Shown here one piece after another: positions 36,168 through 45,765 of a DNA stretch of 57,451 nt (positions within the stretch are counted from its first letter, which is position 1; each line of letters begins with the position of its first letter). The translations under genes were made by a program, and so were the position numbers. The DNA comes from a virus. Lineage: Duplodnaviria > Caudoviricetes. Where the stretch lies: positions 1-57,451 of IMG/VR virus record IMGVR_UViG_3300037206_000024; one strand, 5' to 3'. The notes under the pieces were generated by a model. The model saw only the letters and a program-made list of their open reading frames with translations, was not told the DNA's origin and did not search any database.

Positions 36168-37166
36168 ATGGCTCAGAAAAAAGCACTCATCACAGGCATC
36201 ACGGGGCAGGACGGAAGTTACCTGTCAGAACTGCTTCTGGACAAGAATTACGAAGTGCACGGCGTGCTCAGGCGTTCCAGTTCATTCAATACAGGGCGTA
36301 TAGACCACATCTTCAGTCGTCTTAACCTGCACTTTGGAGACCTTACGGACGGCAGCTCTTTTGGTAGTCTGCTGAGCAGTGTTAAGCCAGATGAGATATA
36401 CCATTTAGGGGCGATGTCCCACGTAAAGGTGTCCTTTGAAATTCCCGAGTTCACCGCTCAGGCGGGAGCCCTAGGAACCCTTAGGCTGCTAGAGTCCGTT
36501 CGAGCACATTGTCCTGAGGCGAGGGTGTACAATGCGTCAAGTTCGGAGATGTTCGGGAAAGTAGCAGAGGTACCACAGAAAGAGACCACACCTTTTTACC
36601 CCCGAAGCCCGTACGGTTGTGCCAAGGTTTTTGCTCACCAACTCTGCGTGAATTACCGTGAAGCGTATGGTCTGCACATTTCCAACGGCATTCTCTTCAA
36701 TCACGAGTCCCCAAGACGAGGAGAAACCTTCGTCACACGCAAGATCACCAAGGCTGCGGCACGTATCCACGCCGGACTTCAGAAGGAGCTTCTCCTAGGC
36801 AACCTTGAAGCAAAGCGGGACTGGGGATATGCTAAGGAATACGTGGAGGCGATGTGGCTGATGCTGCAGCAGGAGACTCCAGACGACTACGTTGTGGCCA
36901 CGGGGGAGACTCACACGATTAAGGATTTCTTGGATGAAGCATTTGGCTGTTTAAGACTAGATTGGCATGAGTATGTAGGTATTGATAAAAATTACTACCG
37001 CCCCTCAGAGGTAGACATTTTGCAGGGAGACGCATCCAAGGCGTATAAGGTGTTGGGCTGGAAACCAAAGGTAAAGCTTCAAGAGCTTGTTCGAAGCATG
37101 GTCAAGGCAGACATGGAGGGACTCAGAAATGCAATTGGACTCTCGGATTTACATAGCGGGGCATAG
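36168..37166 (+). CDS. gmd: GDP-mannose 4,6-dehydratase
   Basis: [52 protein letters not shown]. Confidence 0.97.
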   Translation: MAQKKALITGITGQDGSYLSELLLDKNYEVHGVLRRSSSFNTGRIDHIFSRLNLHFGDLTDGSSFGSLLSSVKPDEIYHLGAMSHVKVSFEIPEFTAQAGALGTLRLLESVRAHCPEARVYNASSSEMFGKVAEVPQKETTPFYPRSPYGCAKVFAHQLCVNYREAYGLHISNGILFNHESPRRGETFVTRKITKAAARIHAGLQKELLLGNLEAKRDWGYAKEYVEAMWLMLQQETPDDYVVATGETHTIKDFLDEAFGCLRLDWHEYVGIDKNYYRPSEVDILQGDASKAYKVLGWKPKVKLQELVRSMVKADMEGLRNAIGLSDLHSGA

Positions 37167-38112
37167 AGGTCTTGTAGGCTCTGCACTAGTGCGAGAACTG
37201 TGCCGCCTAGGGTATACCAACCTTATCTTCAGGAATCACTCAGAACTTGACCTTACAGATTCAGAGACCACCCAATTCTTCTTTGAAAAGATGAGACCCG
37301 AGTACGTATTCTTGGCTGCGGCTAAGGTTGGTGGCATCATGGCCAATAGTACGTACCCAGCGGATTTCTTGTATCAGAACCTACAGATACAGACCAACGT
37401 TATTGAGGCGTCCCGTAGGACAGACGTTCACCGACTTCTCTTCTTGGGTTCCAGCTGTATATACCCCAAGCATGCAGAGCAACCCATTGTGGAGTCTGCG
37501 CTTCTGTCAGGGCCTCTAGAGCCTACCAACCGGGCGTACGCCGTTGCGAAGATTGCGGGCATAGAGATGTGCAGAGCATATAATCAGCAGCACGAGACCC
37601 AATATCTCGCAGCCATGCCAACAAACCTCTATGGCGCAGGTGACAATTACGACCCTCAGAACTCTCACGTCATCCCGGCCATTATCAGAAAGCTGCACGA
37701 GGCCAAAATCAAGGGGCAGAAGACCTCAGTAATCTGGGGCACAGGCACCCCGCTTAGGGAATTCCTCTATAGTGACGACTTGGCTAATGCATGTGTGTTT
37801 TTAATGGGTCTAGAGCAGAGGCAGTTCAGGAACCTCTTAGAAGACGAGGTTAATGGTCCTGTGATCAACATTGGCTCAGGGGAAGAACTTTCGATCTTAG
37901 AAATTACTAAGTGTGTTGCTGAATCGGTGGGATTCACGGGAGAGTTTGTATTGGACCCCAGCAAGCCGGATGGAACGCCACGAAAGCTCATAGACAGTTC
38001 TAGGCTGCTCAGTTTAGGGTGGAAACCTAGGGTTTCCCTGCGAGAGGGACTAGAGAACGCGTACCAAGATTTTTTAAAGCAGGAATCCCAAGGGGTTGCT
38101 CCCTTGGTCTAG
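37129..38112 (+). CDS. fcl: GDP-L-fucose synthase
   Basis: [60 protein letters not shown]. Confidence 0.95.
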   Translation: MQLDSRIYIAGHRGLVGSALVRELCRLGYTNLIFRNHSELDLTDSETTQFFFEKMRPEYVFLAAAKVGGIMANSTYPADFLYQNLQIQTNVIEASRRTDVHRLLFLGSSCIYPKHAEQPIVESALLSGPLEPTNRAYAVAKIAGIEMCRAYNQQHETQYLAAMPTNLYGAGDNYDPQNSHVIPAIIRKLHEAKIKGQKTSVIWGTGTPLREFLYSDDLANACVFLMGLEQRQFRNLLEDEVNGPVINIGSGEELSILEITKCVAESVGFTGEFVLDPSKPDGTPRKLIDSSRLLSLGWKPRVSLREGLENAYQDFLKQESQGVAPLV

Positions 38113-38169
38113 AGTCGGGCGGTGCCTATTTCACCGCCCAGCTCGCATCTAAATAGGAGGGAAATCAAC
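38088..38169 (+). ncRNA. Hairpin + RBS-overlapping pseudoknot element, copy D
   Basis: P1 CCAAGGG/CCCTTGG; P2 GAGTCGGGCGGTG/CACCGCCCAGCTC; loop CCTATTT (38125-31) pairs AAATAGG (38151-57). Confidence 0.78.
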
Positions 38170-38730
38170 ATGTTTTACACGTACCAATGGTTACGAGAAG
38201 ATGGCTCACCATACTATGTGGGAAAAGGCAAAGGAAGCAGAGCTTATCACAACGGGATAGGTCATCGTGCCCCTAAAGACCGGAGTAGGATAGTAGTACA
38301 AAAATGGTCGGATGAAGCCACCGCTTTTGCCTTTGAAGTTTATCTCATAGACTTCTGGGGAAGGAAAGACATTGGAACCGGAATTCTTCACAATCGTACA
38401 GATGGTGGAGAAGGAGACAGCGGTAGAGAATTTTCCAAAGAGCACAGAAAGAAACTTAGTGTCGCGGCTACAGGAAGAGGAAGATCCGAAGTCACTAGAA
38501 AGAAAATAAGGGAAGCTAGAGCTAAGCAGGTGATAACTGAGGAAACTGGTAAAAAGATAAGCGAACACCATATGGGACATGAAGTGTCTGAAAAGAGTAT
38601 AAGGGTGTTCCGTAATATGCTGCACACTAGATGGCATGTCAATAGGGCCATAGTAAAGGAAAATTGTGAAATATGCCAAGAGTTCTTATTGCCATCTCCA
38701 GCTGTGAAACATTTGAACGCAGTGGCTTAA
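38170..38730 (+). CDS. GIY-YIG-like homing endonuclease with NUMOD3-type repeats
   Basis: FYTY...PYYVGKG...R...E..LI...G...L.N.TDGGEG followed by SKEHRKKLS / SEVTRKKI repeats. Confidence 0.8.
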   Translation: MFYTYQWLREDGSPYYVGKGKGSRAYHNGIGHRAPKDRSRIVVQKWSDEATAFAFEVYLIDFWGRKDIGTGILHNRTDGGEGDSGREFSKEHRKKLSVAATGRGRSEVTRKKIREARAKQVITEETGKKISEHHMGHEVSEKSIRVFRNMLHTRWHVNRAIVKENCEICQEFLLPSPAVKHLNAVA

Positions 38731-39299
38731 ACTCCCCCCTTAGGGAAACTTGGCTACCTAATCTTTCTAAATTTGGATGTGATTATAGATTTTTTCATGG
38801 GTCAGGTTCTTCTCAAAAAAATGACGTAGTAATTCTCAACGTAGTAGATGAGATGTATGGTCTTACGGAAAAACTTAAAGCCAAGTGTAGGTGGGCAGTG
38901 GAACGAGGATATGAGTATATGTTTTCGGCATTTCCTGATACATACACTTGTCCAGAAAAACTCATTGAGGTCATAAATACATGCCCAGACTACCTAGGTA
39001 GTGTACACCAGTTTCCGGGTAGTGTGCCGTTTGTCCAAGGGGGTCCCGGGGTTATCCTTAGTAGAAAGTCTTGTGAGATCTTGAGCAACGACCCTAGCAG
39101 CTATCTTAACGATGATTGCTGGGCAGCTGATGTGCTTAGCAAGCATAGGATCAATGCTGTGCATCACCCGGGGTTTACAGCCTTTGGGCCGGGGCCACTA
39201 AGAAATAACAGTTCTATAACAAATCACTTGAGCACTCAGCCCTGTGGGTATACGGGAGACAATCTGAGAGAGGAACACAAAAGATGGCTAGAGTCTTAG
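38673..39299 (+). CDS. Glycosyltransferase (GT31/Fringe-like; paralog of 44384 and 45067)
   Basis: R.TW, L.EK...W...GYEY, GGPGVILSR, DDCW. Confidence 0.65.
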   Translation: MPRVLIAISSCETFERSGLNSPLRETWLPNLSKFGCDYRFFHGSGSSQKNDVVILNVVDEMYGLTEKLKAKCRWAVERGYEYMFSAFPDTYTCPEKLIEVINTCPDYLGSVHQFPGSVPFVQGGPGVILSRKSCEILSNDPSSYLNDDCWAADVLSKHRINAVHHPGFTAFGPGPLRNNSSITNHLSTQPCGYTGDNLREEHKRWLES

Positions 39300-39982
39300 T
39301 GGGGATTCCTTGTTTTAAGGTCGCAGACCAAGTACGTAGATGCCTAGAATCACTAGTAGAAACCCCAGCGGACGTTATGGCTATCGATAACGCAGCCGAT
39401 GAAGATGTTAAACTCCTTCTAAATACTTTTGAGGGTAGAATCAAAGTTGCCCACAGCCCTACAAATGAGTTCTGCAATGGGGCTTGGAATCGCGTACTGG
39501 AATATGGAATAGAGCAGAATTACGAAGTGATTTCTCTTGGTTCATCTGATGCAGTTTTGCATCCCGGGTGGTATGAAGGTATGTGCTCCAGATTAGTCGA
39601 GTTCCCTAAGGAGATATTGGTCCCTAAAATACGAGAACCACTACAGACTCCAGACTACAGAAAAGTCACATATTCAGAAGGTGGACTAGCGGGCTATTTC
39701 ATGTTTATGACAAGAGAGGCAGCTAAGCTGGTTTTCCCTATACCAAGGGACCTTTTTCACTGGTATGGGGATTCTCATATCTTCAAAGTACTAAAAGAAA
39801 GTGGATACAAGGTAGCAGTGACAGAAGAACTAGGCGCGTACCACGAACAAGGGTCAAACAGGTTGGTAAATCTGCACGAAACCGATGCCGCCATACTACA
39901 TGACAAGAGAATTTGGTACAAAGACCCTCAGTACACTGAGGTTATAGAGATAGTACCTAGACGTTTCAAAAGGAAAAGCTAA
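39284..39982 (+). CDS. Glycosyltransferase family 2-like
   Basis: VLVGIPCF, IDNA, AWN, WYGD motifs. Confidence 0.75.
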   Translation: MARVLVGIPCFKVADQVRRCLESLVETPADVMAIDNAADEDVKLLLNTFEGRIKVAHSPTNEFCNGAWNRVLEYGIEQNYEVISLGSSDAVLHPGWYEGMCSRLVEFPKEILVPKIREPLQTPDYRKVTYSEGGLAGYFMFMTREAAKLVFPIPRDLFHWYGDSHIFKVLKESGYKVAVTEELGAYHEQGSNRLVNLHETDAAILHDKRIWYKDPQYTEVIEIVPRRFKRKS

Positions 39983-39995
39983 GGATAGGCTCAGC

Positions 39996-40883
39996 ATGAA
40001 AATCTTAGTCACAGGTGGTGCAGGCTTTATCGGAGGACACTTAGTAGAGCGTCTTTTGTCCCAAGGGCATACTCCGGTGGTTTTAGATAATTTGAGCACT
40101 GGGTTCAAAGAGAATGTCCCATCTCAAGTAGCAGCCTATTTTGAGGACTGCAGGAACACTGAAGCTTTGCATAAAGCAGCTTCCGAGTGTGAGTTCATAT
40201 ATCATCTTGCGTCCACGGTGGGTGTAGAGAAAGTTCTCAAAGATCCTAGGGAATGCATAAAGAATGTCATAGACTCCACGCAGTCTGTGTTGAGTCTGGG
40301 CATTCCCGGTATGGATTTCTCCACGTCTGAAGTATATGGAAAGAACCCCAACGCTCTCTCTGAAGATTCTGATCTGATCTACTCTAGTAAAGCTCGGTGG
40401 TCATACGCAGTTGCTAAGCTAGCAGGAGAGTGGCTAGCTAAAGCGGCTGGCTGGAAAACGGTTAGGCTGTTCAATATCGTAGGACCTAAGCAGGCCCTCG
40501 GCTATGTGTTCTCAAACTTCACTAGACAGGCTCGGGAGAACAAGGATTTACGTGTATATGGCTTAGGCTCTCAAATACGAACCTTTCTGGATGTGCGAGA
40601 CGCGGTGGACATTTTGTGCAGCCTCAGAGACAAAAAGTTTGACGTGGTGAATGTCGGAGGCAAACACACAATGACCATGGATTGCTTGGCCGACCTTGTG
40701 AAGCACACGTTGAACTCAAAGTCCCGTACAGTCAGAGTACCTTACAGAGATGCTTATTCAGAAGGTTTCGAGGACGTTTTCGAGGACTGCCAAGCACGTA
40801 TACCTGACCTCACAAAACTGCACAGTCTCATAGGGGAGTACAACTACACGCCTATTGAGAGAACGATTGAGGATACAAAGTGA
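39996..40883 (+). CDS. NAD-dependent nucleotide-sugar epimerase/dehydratase
   Basis: ILVTGGAGFIG, STSEVYG, YAVAK, RLFNIVGP. Confidence 0.9.
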   Translation: MKILVTGGAGFIGGHLVERLLSQGHTPVVLDNLSTGFKENVPSQVAAYFEDCRNTEALHKAASECEFIYHLASTVGVEKVLKDPRECIKNVIDSTQSVLSLGIPGMDFSTSEVYGKNPNALSEDSDLIYSSKARWSYAVAKLAGEWLAKAAGWKTVRLFNIVGPKQALGYVFSNFTRQARENKDLRVYGLGSQIRTFLDVRDAVDILCSLRDKKFDVVNVGGKHTMTMDCLADLVKHTLNSKSRTVRVPYRDAYSEGFEDVFEDCQARIPDLTKLHSLIGEYNYTPIERTIEDTK

Positions 40884-41764
40884 TTATCGACTCAGTGATG
40901 TTCTGTGACGAATTGGACGTGTTCAAATTGCGTCTCGGGCAACTAGATAGTATTGTGGACTGGTTTGTGATTAACGAAATCAGTACGACACACAGTGGCA
41001 AGCCTAAGCCCCTTTATTACCAAGAAAATAAGCATCTGTTTTCCAAATGGAATCACAAGATTATCTGCTCATCCCCAAGCTTCCCTCCAATGGGAGCATG
41101 GGAGCTAGAGACGGCGCAAAGACAAGCTCTAGAAGCCAGCGTACGTTCACTTAATCCACAGCCAGACGACGTGCTGCTTACATCTGACTGCGACGAGATA
41201 CCAAAGCCAGAAAGAATCAAAGAATACACTCCGAGTATGGGCCTGAGGAATTTGAAGCAATTCACTTTTTGGTTCAATTTTGGGCACATGATGAATTATG
41301 GTAGCCGTTGTCATTCCAGAGCCCGCATCGGCACTATACGGCACTTAAACGCCGCAGGAAGCCTCAGTAATTTCCATGGAAGCGCAGCAGACGACATGGA
41401 CCCTAATTTTCCTTCCCTTGAAGATGCTGGATGGCACTGTTCGTACTTCGCAGACAGCCCGATGCGCGTTAGGCGTAAGGTCAACTCCTTTGCTCACGAA
41501 GACTTGCAGCATATCGTGAACAGGTACACAGACAGGCAGTTGGCAGACATTATGATCAACGGTAAAGACCTGTATGGAAGGGCAGACATTCCCGCACCAG
41601 AACATTGGAGTGAAAACGATTCACGCTTACCTTCATATTTCCTGCAAAACAAGGAAATCTTCAGAGGCTTTAGAAACGAAGGTTTTAGGGAAATGAACAA
41701 TCACTTGTTTGACTCAGGAGACCAAAATGTTGCCGAAGTACATCCCAGATTATCACGATTTTAA
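40880..41764 (+). CDS. Glycosyltransferase family 17-like
   Basis: D..MF.DELD..KLRL..LD..VDWFVI.E..TTHSGKPK, SDCDEIP, GWHCSY. Confidence 0.78.
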   Translation: MIIDSVMFCDELDVFKLRLGQLDSIVDWFVINEISTTHSGKPKPLYYQENKHLFSKWNHKIICSSPSFPPMGAWELETAQRQALEASVRSLNPQPDDVLLTSDCDEIPKPERIKEYTPSMGLRNLKQFTFWFNFGHMMNYGSRCHSRARIGTIRHLNAAGSLSNFHGSAADDMDPNFPSLEDAGWHCSYFADSPMRVRRKVNSFAHEDLQHIVNRYTDRQLADIMINGKDLYGRADIPAPEHWSENDSRLPSYFLQNKEIFRGFRNEGFREMNNHLFDSGDQNVAEVHPRLSRF

Positions 41765-42986
41765 TCCCGGCGTTGATGCTGTACTTTATTCTGGCCCGTG
41801 GTGGGACGAAAAAGAAATCAACGCAGCTACCAAGGCTTTAACCACAGGCAAGTGGTTGACTTCTGGGGAATACGTAGCACGTTTCCAGAATGAGTTCTCA
41901 AGGATGTTCGACGTGCGGCATAGCCACATGGTTAACAGTGGATCTTCGGCCAACCTTGTGATGATCGCAGCTTTGAAGAAACACCTAGGTTGGCAGGATG
42001 GGGACGAAATACTAGTTTCTCCGGTAGGCTTCCCGACCACGATTGCTCCGATAGTGCAGAATGGTCTGGTCCCTGTATTCGTAGACATTGAAATGCGTAC
42101 TCTGAACTTTGATGTGCAGCAGATACGCAGTAAGATCACACCCAGAACCCGGGCTATCTTCGTATCTCCTGTGTTGGGAAACCCTCCCGACATAGACGAA
42201 CTCCGTGATATCTGCGCGGATCACGACCTGAAGTTGATTGGAGACAACTGCGACAGCTTAGGTACAAAATGGAGAGTAAGGCACATCAGCGATTACTATT
42301 ATACTTTCTCTTCCTCTTTTTACCCAGCGCACCACATTTCGGTGGGTGAAGGAGGTATGGTCAGCTCTGACAATGAAGACCTGATTAAGCTGGCGCAGTC
42401 TTATAGCTGGTGGGGCAGGTCCTGCTATTGCCGAGGGGCAGCTAATACTTTGTCCTGCGGCACATGCGGTAAACGCTTTTCAAGGTGGCTGGATGATGTA
42501 GACGCAGACATCGACCACAAATACGTGTTTGATGTAATGGGCTACAATTTGAAGCCACTAGATCTTTGCGGGGCGATTGGCCTTGAACAGCTTAAGAAGT
42601 TCCCTGAGATTGATCGTAGGCGCAAATGGAATTACTCAGTAATCTCTGGTTTCTTCTCAGGAAACCCCAAGGTGCGCCTAGCAGAAGTGCTGCTACAAGC
42701 TGATGTTTGCTGGTTTGGTGTCCCGCTCATTTGTGCTAGTAGAGAGACTAGAGAATCCTTAGTAGCACACTTGGAAGCCAACAAGATTCAGACGCGTCCA
42801 TATTTCTCAGGGCAAATTTTATATCACCCCGGGTTTAAACACCTAGGGAACCCTAAGGATTACCCTAAGGCTTGCGAAGTGATGGACAAGGTGTTCTTTT
42901 TGGGATGTGCTCCTCACTATACTCAGGAAGTCTTGGACTATATTGGAAAGGTGGTAGGAGAGTGGACTCAGAACTCACAATCCTAG
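41727..42986 (+). CDS. RfbH/DdhC-like NDP-4-keto-6-deoxyhexose 3-dehydratase (DegT/DnrJ family)
   Basis: VNSGSSANL, SFYPAHHISVGEGG (His at the usual Lys position), CYC...CGTCGKRF Cys cluster, HKYVF...GYNLKP. Confidence 0.85.
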   Translation: MLPKYIPDYHDFNPGVDAVLYSGPWWDEKEINAATKALTTGKWLTSGEYVARFQNEFSRMFDVRHSHMVNSGSSANLVMIAALKKHLGWQDGDEILVSPVGFPTTIAPIVQNGLVPVFVDIEMRTLNFDVQQIRSKITPRTRAIFVSPVLGNPPDIDELRDICADHDLKLIGDNCDSLGTKWRVRHISDYYYTFSSSFYPAHHISVGEGGMVSSDNEDLIKLAQSYSWWGRSCYCRGAANTLSCGTCGKRFSRWLDDVDADIDHKYVFDVMGYNLKPLDLCGAIGLEQLKKFPEIDRRRKWNYSVISGFFSGNPKVRLAEVLLQADVCWFGVPLICASRETRESLVAHLEANKIQTRPYFSGQILYHPGFKHLGNPKDYPKACEVMDKVFFLGCAPHYTQEVLDYIGKVVGEWTQNSQS

Positions 42987-43834
42987 GTGGCAAGGGGTTT
43001 GTCCTAGGGGAATACGTAAGTCAGTTTTACCATCACGCTATAGGCAACCTAGCTAGTGTGAATGAGAGAAATGACTATGAGATTTATAGTCCAGACGTAC
43101 TTATGGGCATCAGTACAATCCACAATTTTCACATCTTCACTGAACCTACCCTAGACATCGAGACCAACTTGGTCGTGCTCGTCAAGGTGCTGGAGCACTG
43201 GAGAAAGTATCAAGAAAGAACGGGGAAGCATGGAGTTTTCAACTTCATTTCTAGCTGGCTAGTATACGGAACCAAAGATAGACTGCCAGTACCGGAGACT
43301 GCTCCGTGTAACCCATCGGGATTCTACTCTATCACCAAGAGATGTGCAGAGCAACTGTTGATAAGTTATTGCACCACCTACAACCTCAAGTGGCGCATTC
43401 TTCGCCTTTCCAACGTAGTCGGAACCAATGACAAAAAGGTTTCTGCCCAGAAGAACGGTCTGCAGCACATGATCAACAAGATGGCCAACGGGGAAGATGT
43501 AGAGATCTACGGTGATGGAAATTTTCACCGTGACTTTTGCCATGTATCCGATGTGGCTGCGGCCATAGAGTTGGTGCTGTGCAAGGGCAGTGTGAATGAA
43601 ATCTACAATGTGGGCAACGGTAAGACATGGACCTTCAAGGACATCATCCTGTATGCTAGGGAAAAGCTGAAGACCGCAGGTGCTGTACGATTCGTGGAAC
43701 CTAAGGCGTTCCAGAAGCAAGTTGTTGTACAGACATTTTACCTAGACAATTCTAAGCTACGTGCGTTGGGATACGCGCCGAAGTACTCAGGAGAGAAGCT
43801 GTACGATTCTATTATACCAAATTCCAAGGCTTAG
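42962..43834 (+). CDS. NAD-dependent nucleotide-sugar epimerase/reductase
   Basis: ILGGKGFV, SSWLVYG, YSITK, LRLSNVVG, RDFCHVSD; GTG start after AGGAG. Confidence 0.85.
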   Translation: MDSELTILGGKGFVLGEYVSQFYHHAIGNLASVNERNDYEIYSPDVLMGISTIHNFHIFTEPTLDIETNLVVLVKVLEHWRKYQERTGKHGVFNFISSWLVYGTKDRLPVPETAPCNPSGFYSITKRCAEQLLISYCTTYNLKWRILRLSNVVGTNDKKVSAQKNGLQHMINKMANGEDVEIYGDGNFHRDFCHVSDVAAAIELVLCKGSVNEIYNVGNGKTWTFKDIILYAREKLKTAGAVRFVEPKAFQKQVVVQTFYLDNSKLRALGYAPKYSGEKLYDSIIPNSKA

Positions 43835-43901
43835 CGGCCTTGGCGCAGAGTAGGGAGGTGCCTAGTTCACCTCCCGGCTCGCATTCTAACTAGGAGAAAA
43901 T
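43824..43901 (+). ncRNA. Hairpin + RBS-overlapping pseudoknot element, copy E
   Basis: P1 CCAAGGC-TTAGCG-GCCTTGG; P2 GAGTAGGGAGGTG/CACCTCCCGGCTC; loop CCTAGTT (43861-67) pairs AACTAGG (43888-94). Confidence 0.8.
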
Positions 43902-44387
43902 ATGCCAAAAGGCACAAACCAATATACAGGAAAAATTCGTACACACTGTAAAAACGGACACGAGTTTACACTTGAAAACACTTACACACGTCCCGATGGG
44001 TTTAAGGTGTGTAAGACCTGTCGAAGAGAACAACAATTGAAATTCGCAGCTGAGCATAAAGATGAGCACAGAGAACAATCTCGGGTGTATTCAAAGAGAA
44101 ACCCAGAGAAAAGAAGATTTTCTTGGAGACAATACCTAAGAAAAAGAGCAGGGTTTTCTCAAGAGCTATTTCATGTAAGACTGGAAGAGCAGAGGGGTAA
44201 GTGTGATATTTGTAAAGAAATTTTTACAGAGGAAAACGTGCCGCATGCCGACCATAAACACGTTGAGCCACCCATGCCCAGAGGCTTGTTATGCAACACA
44301 TGTAACTCAGCCATCGGACTGCTTAAGGATAGACCACAAAATTGTGAAGAAGCGGCAGTGTACCTAAGAAAATATGGGGAAATATGA
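43902..44387 (+). CDS. Endonuclease VII-family homing endonuclease with N-terminal Zn-finger-like module
   Basis: THCKNGHEF...CKTC; CDIC...DHKH..PPMPRGLLCNTCNSAIG...AAVYL. Confidence 0.85.
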   Translation: MPKGTNQYTGKIRTHCKNGHEFTLENTYTRPDGFKVCKTCRREQQLKFAAEHKDEHREQSRVYSKRNPEKRRFSWRQYLRKRAGFSQELFHVRLEEQRGKCDICKEIFTEENVPHADHKHVEPPMPRGLLCNTCNSAIGLLKDRPQNCEEAAVYLRKYGEI

Positions 44388-45091
44388 AGACTCTCATAGC
44401 TATTGTTAATGCCAGACACAGAAAAGAGTGGAGAAATGCGATAAGGACCACTTGGCTTAACCAAGTACCTGCAGAAAAAGCCGAGGCTTTATTTTTTGTG
44501 GGTAGAGGAGAGCCTTTGGAAGATTCAAATGGTGTAATAGAATTGAATTGCTCCGATAAGTATGAGCATCTCCCTGAGAAGATAAGAGAAATTTGTAAGT
44601 GGGCACTAGAAAGAGAATATTCAAATTTATTAAAGCATGATGACGACACAGTTTTACGTCCACATGATTTTTTGACCTCAGGGTATGAAAAATATAAATA
44701 CTCAGGGCGCTCTAATAGGCCAGAATCTCCCTACGCAGTACCTTATGGTTTTGGCTATGTACTGAACAGAGAGTGCATGGAAATAATGAGTAAGGAGCCA
44801 TTGCCGGGTACGGGATCGAACGATGACGAACGGTGGTGTGCAGAAACTTTGAGTCAGCATGGTATTTTTTTACAGGATGAGAAACGCTACTACTTGCACC
44901 AGATGAGGTTGCCTATAGAGGAAAACCCTCGGCGTCCCTTACGAGCCCCCAAGAGGCCGGTCCCAGACATGAGTCAGTGGGGCAATACGCCCAATCCGGG
45001 CACGTTCAGCTATTGCGTCCATATAGCAGGTGAGACAGCGGAGAAGATTGAGGAGTACAAAAAATTGTGGATTCGACACCGAGAGTCCTGA
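44384..45091 (+). CDS. Glycosyltransferase (GT31/Fringe-like)
   Basis: R..IRTTW, FFVG, D.YEHLPEK, KHDDDT, GFGYVL, DDERW. Confidence 0.72.
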   Translation: MKTLIAIVNARHRKEWRNAIRTTWLNQVPAEKAEALFFVGRGEPLEDSNGVIELNCSDKYEHLPEKIREICKWALEREYSNLLKHDDDTVLRPHDFLTSGYEKYKYSGRSNRPESPYAVPYGFGYVLNRECMEIMSKEPLPGTGSNDDERWCAETLSQHGIFLQDEKRYYLHQMRLPIEENPRRPLRAPKRPVPDMSQWGNTPNPGTFSYCVHIAGETAEKIEEYKKLWIRHRES

Positions 45092-45765
45092 TAGCCGTAG
45101 TTTCGTGTCATGCTAGGCCCATCCCTAGGGAACTCCTTAGGTCTACGTGGGTACCTAGGGTTCCCCAAGGGATTGACCTAAGGTTTTTCCTTGGCACAAA
45201 ACCCCTAGAAACAGGGGGTTTTGTCGCACAGAATGACGAGGTATTTCTGCAGTGCGACGACAGCTACAATGGACTTCCTGAGAAAGTACAGCGGATCTTT
45301 CGCTGGGTATTGGAGCAGGGCTATGACTACTGCATGAAGTTGGATGAGGATGTTTGTCTTCTACCTGAGCAGTGGGCTAAGGGTTTCCTTAGGGTTGACT
45401 TCAGCGGTCTCCCCAACATGTCTCAGCCGGGGTATCTTTGCCCTTGGGGTTTTGCTTATGTACTGTCCCGACGTGCTATGGAGATAGTAGTTAACTCCGA
45501 CTTACCCAGAGACAACAATGATGAGCAATGGGTAGCTCAGACACTAGCACCGCACGGCGTCGGCCTTAGTGCGGACATACGGTATTGCCTGCACACCCCG
45601 AAGTGTAATAAAAAGCGTACATTGCGTGCCCCTCCTAGACCCGCTACATCTGAGGGGTCAACTACAGGGGCGTTTGCTTACTGTATATTCATACCGGGAG
45701 ACAGCCCTGAAAAGCAGGCTGAATACATGAAAGTTTGGGAGAAGACTTGTAATGAACCTACGTGA
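45067..45765 (+). CDS. Glycosyltransferase (GT31/Fringe-like)
   Basis: R..LRSTW, FFLG, DSYNGLPEK, KLDED, GFAYVLS, NDEQW. Confidence 0.72.
   Translation: MDSTPRVLIAVVSCHARPIPRELLRSTWVPRVPQGIDLRFFLGTKPLETGGFVAQNDEVFLQCDDSYNGLPEKVQRIFRWVLEQGYDYCMKLDEDVCLLPEQWAKGFLRVDFSGLPNMSQPGYLCPWGFAYVLSRRAMEIVVNSDLPRDNNDEQWVAQTLAPHGVGLSADIRYCLHTPKCNKKRTLRAPPRPATSEGSTTGAFAYCIFIPGDSPEKQAEYMKVWEKTCNEPT

Noticed and set aside
43824-43901. Identifying the repeated pseudoknot as a hammerhead, twister, pistol or HDV/theta ribozyme
   Set aside because: I could not find the conserved catalytic cores (e.g. CUGANGA/GAAA) or the nested double-pseudoknot topology by eye; left unassigned pending a covariance-model search
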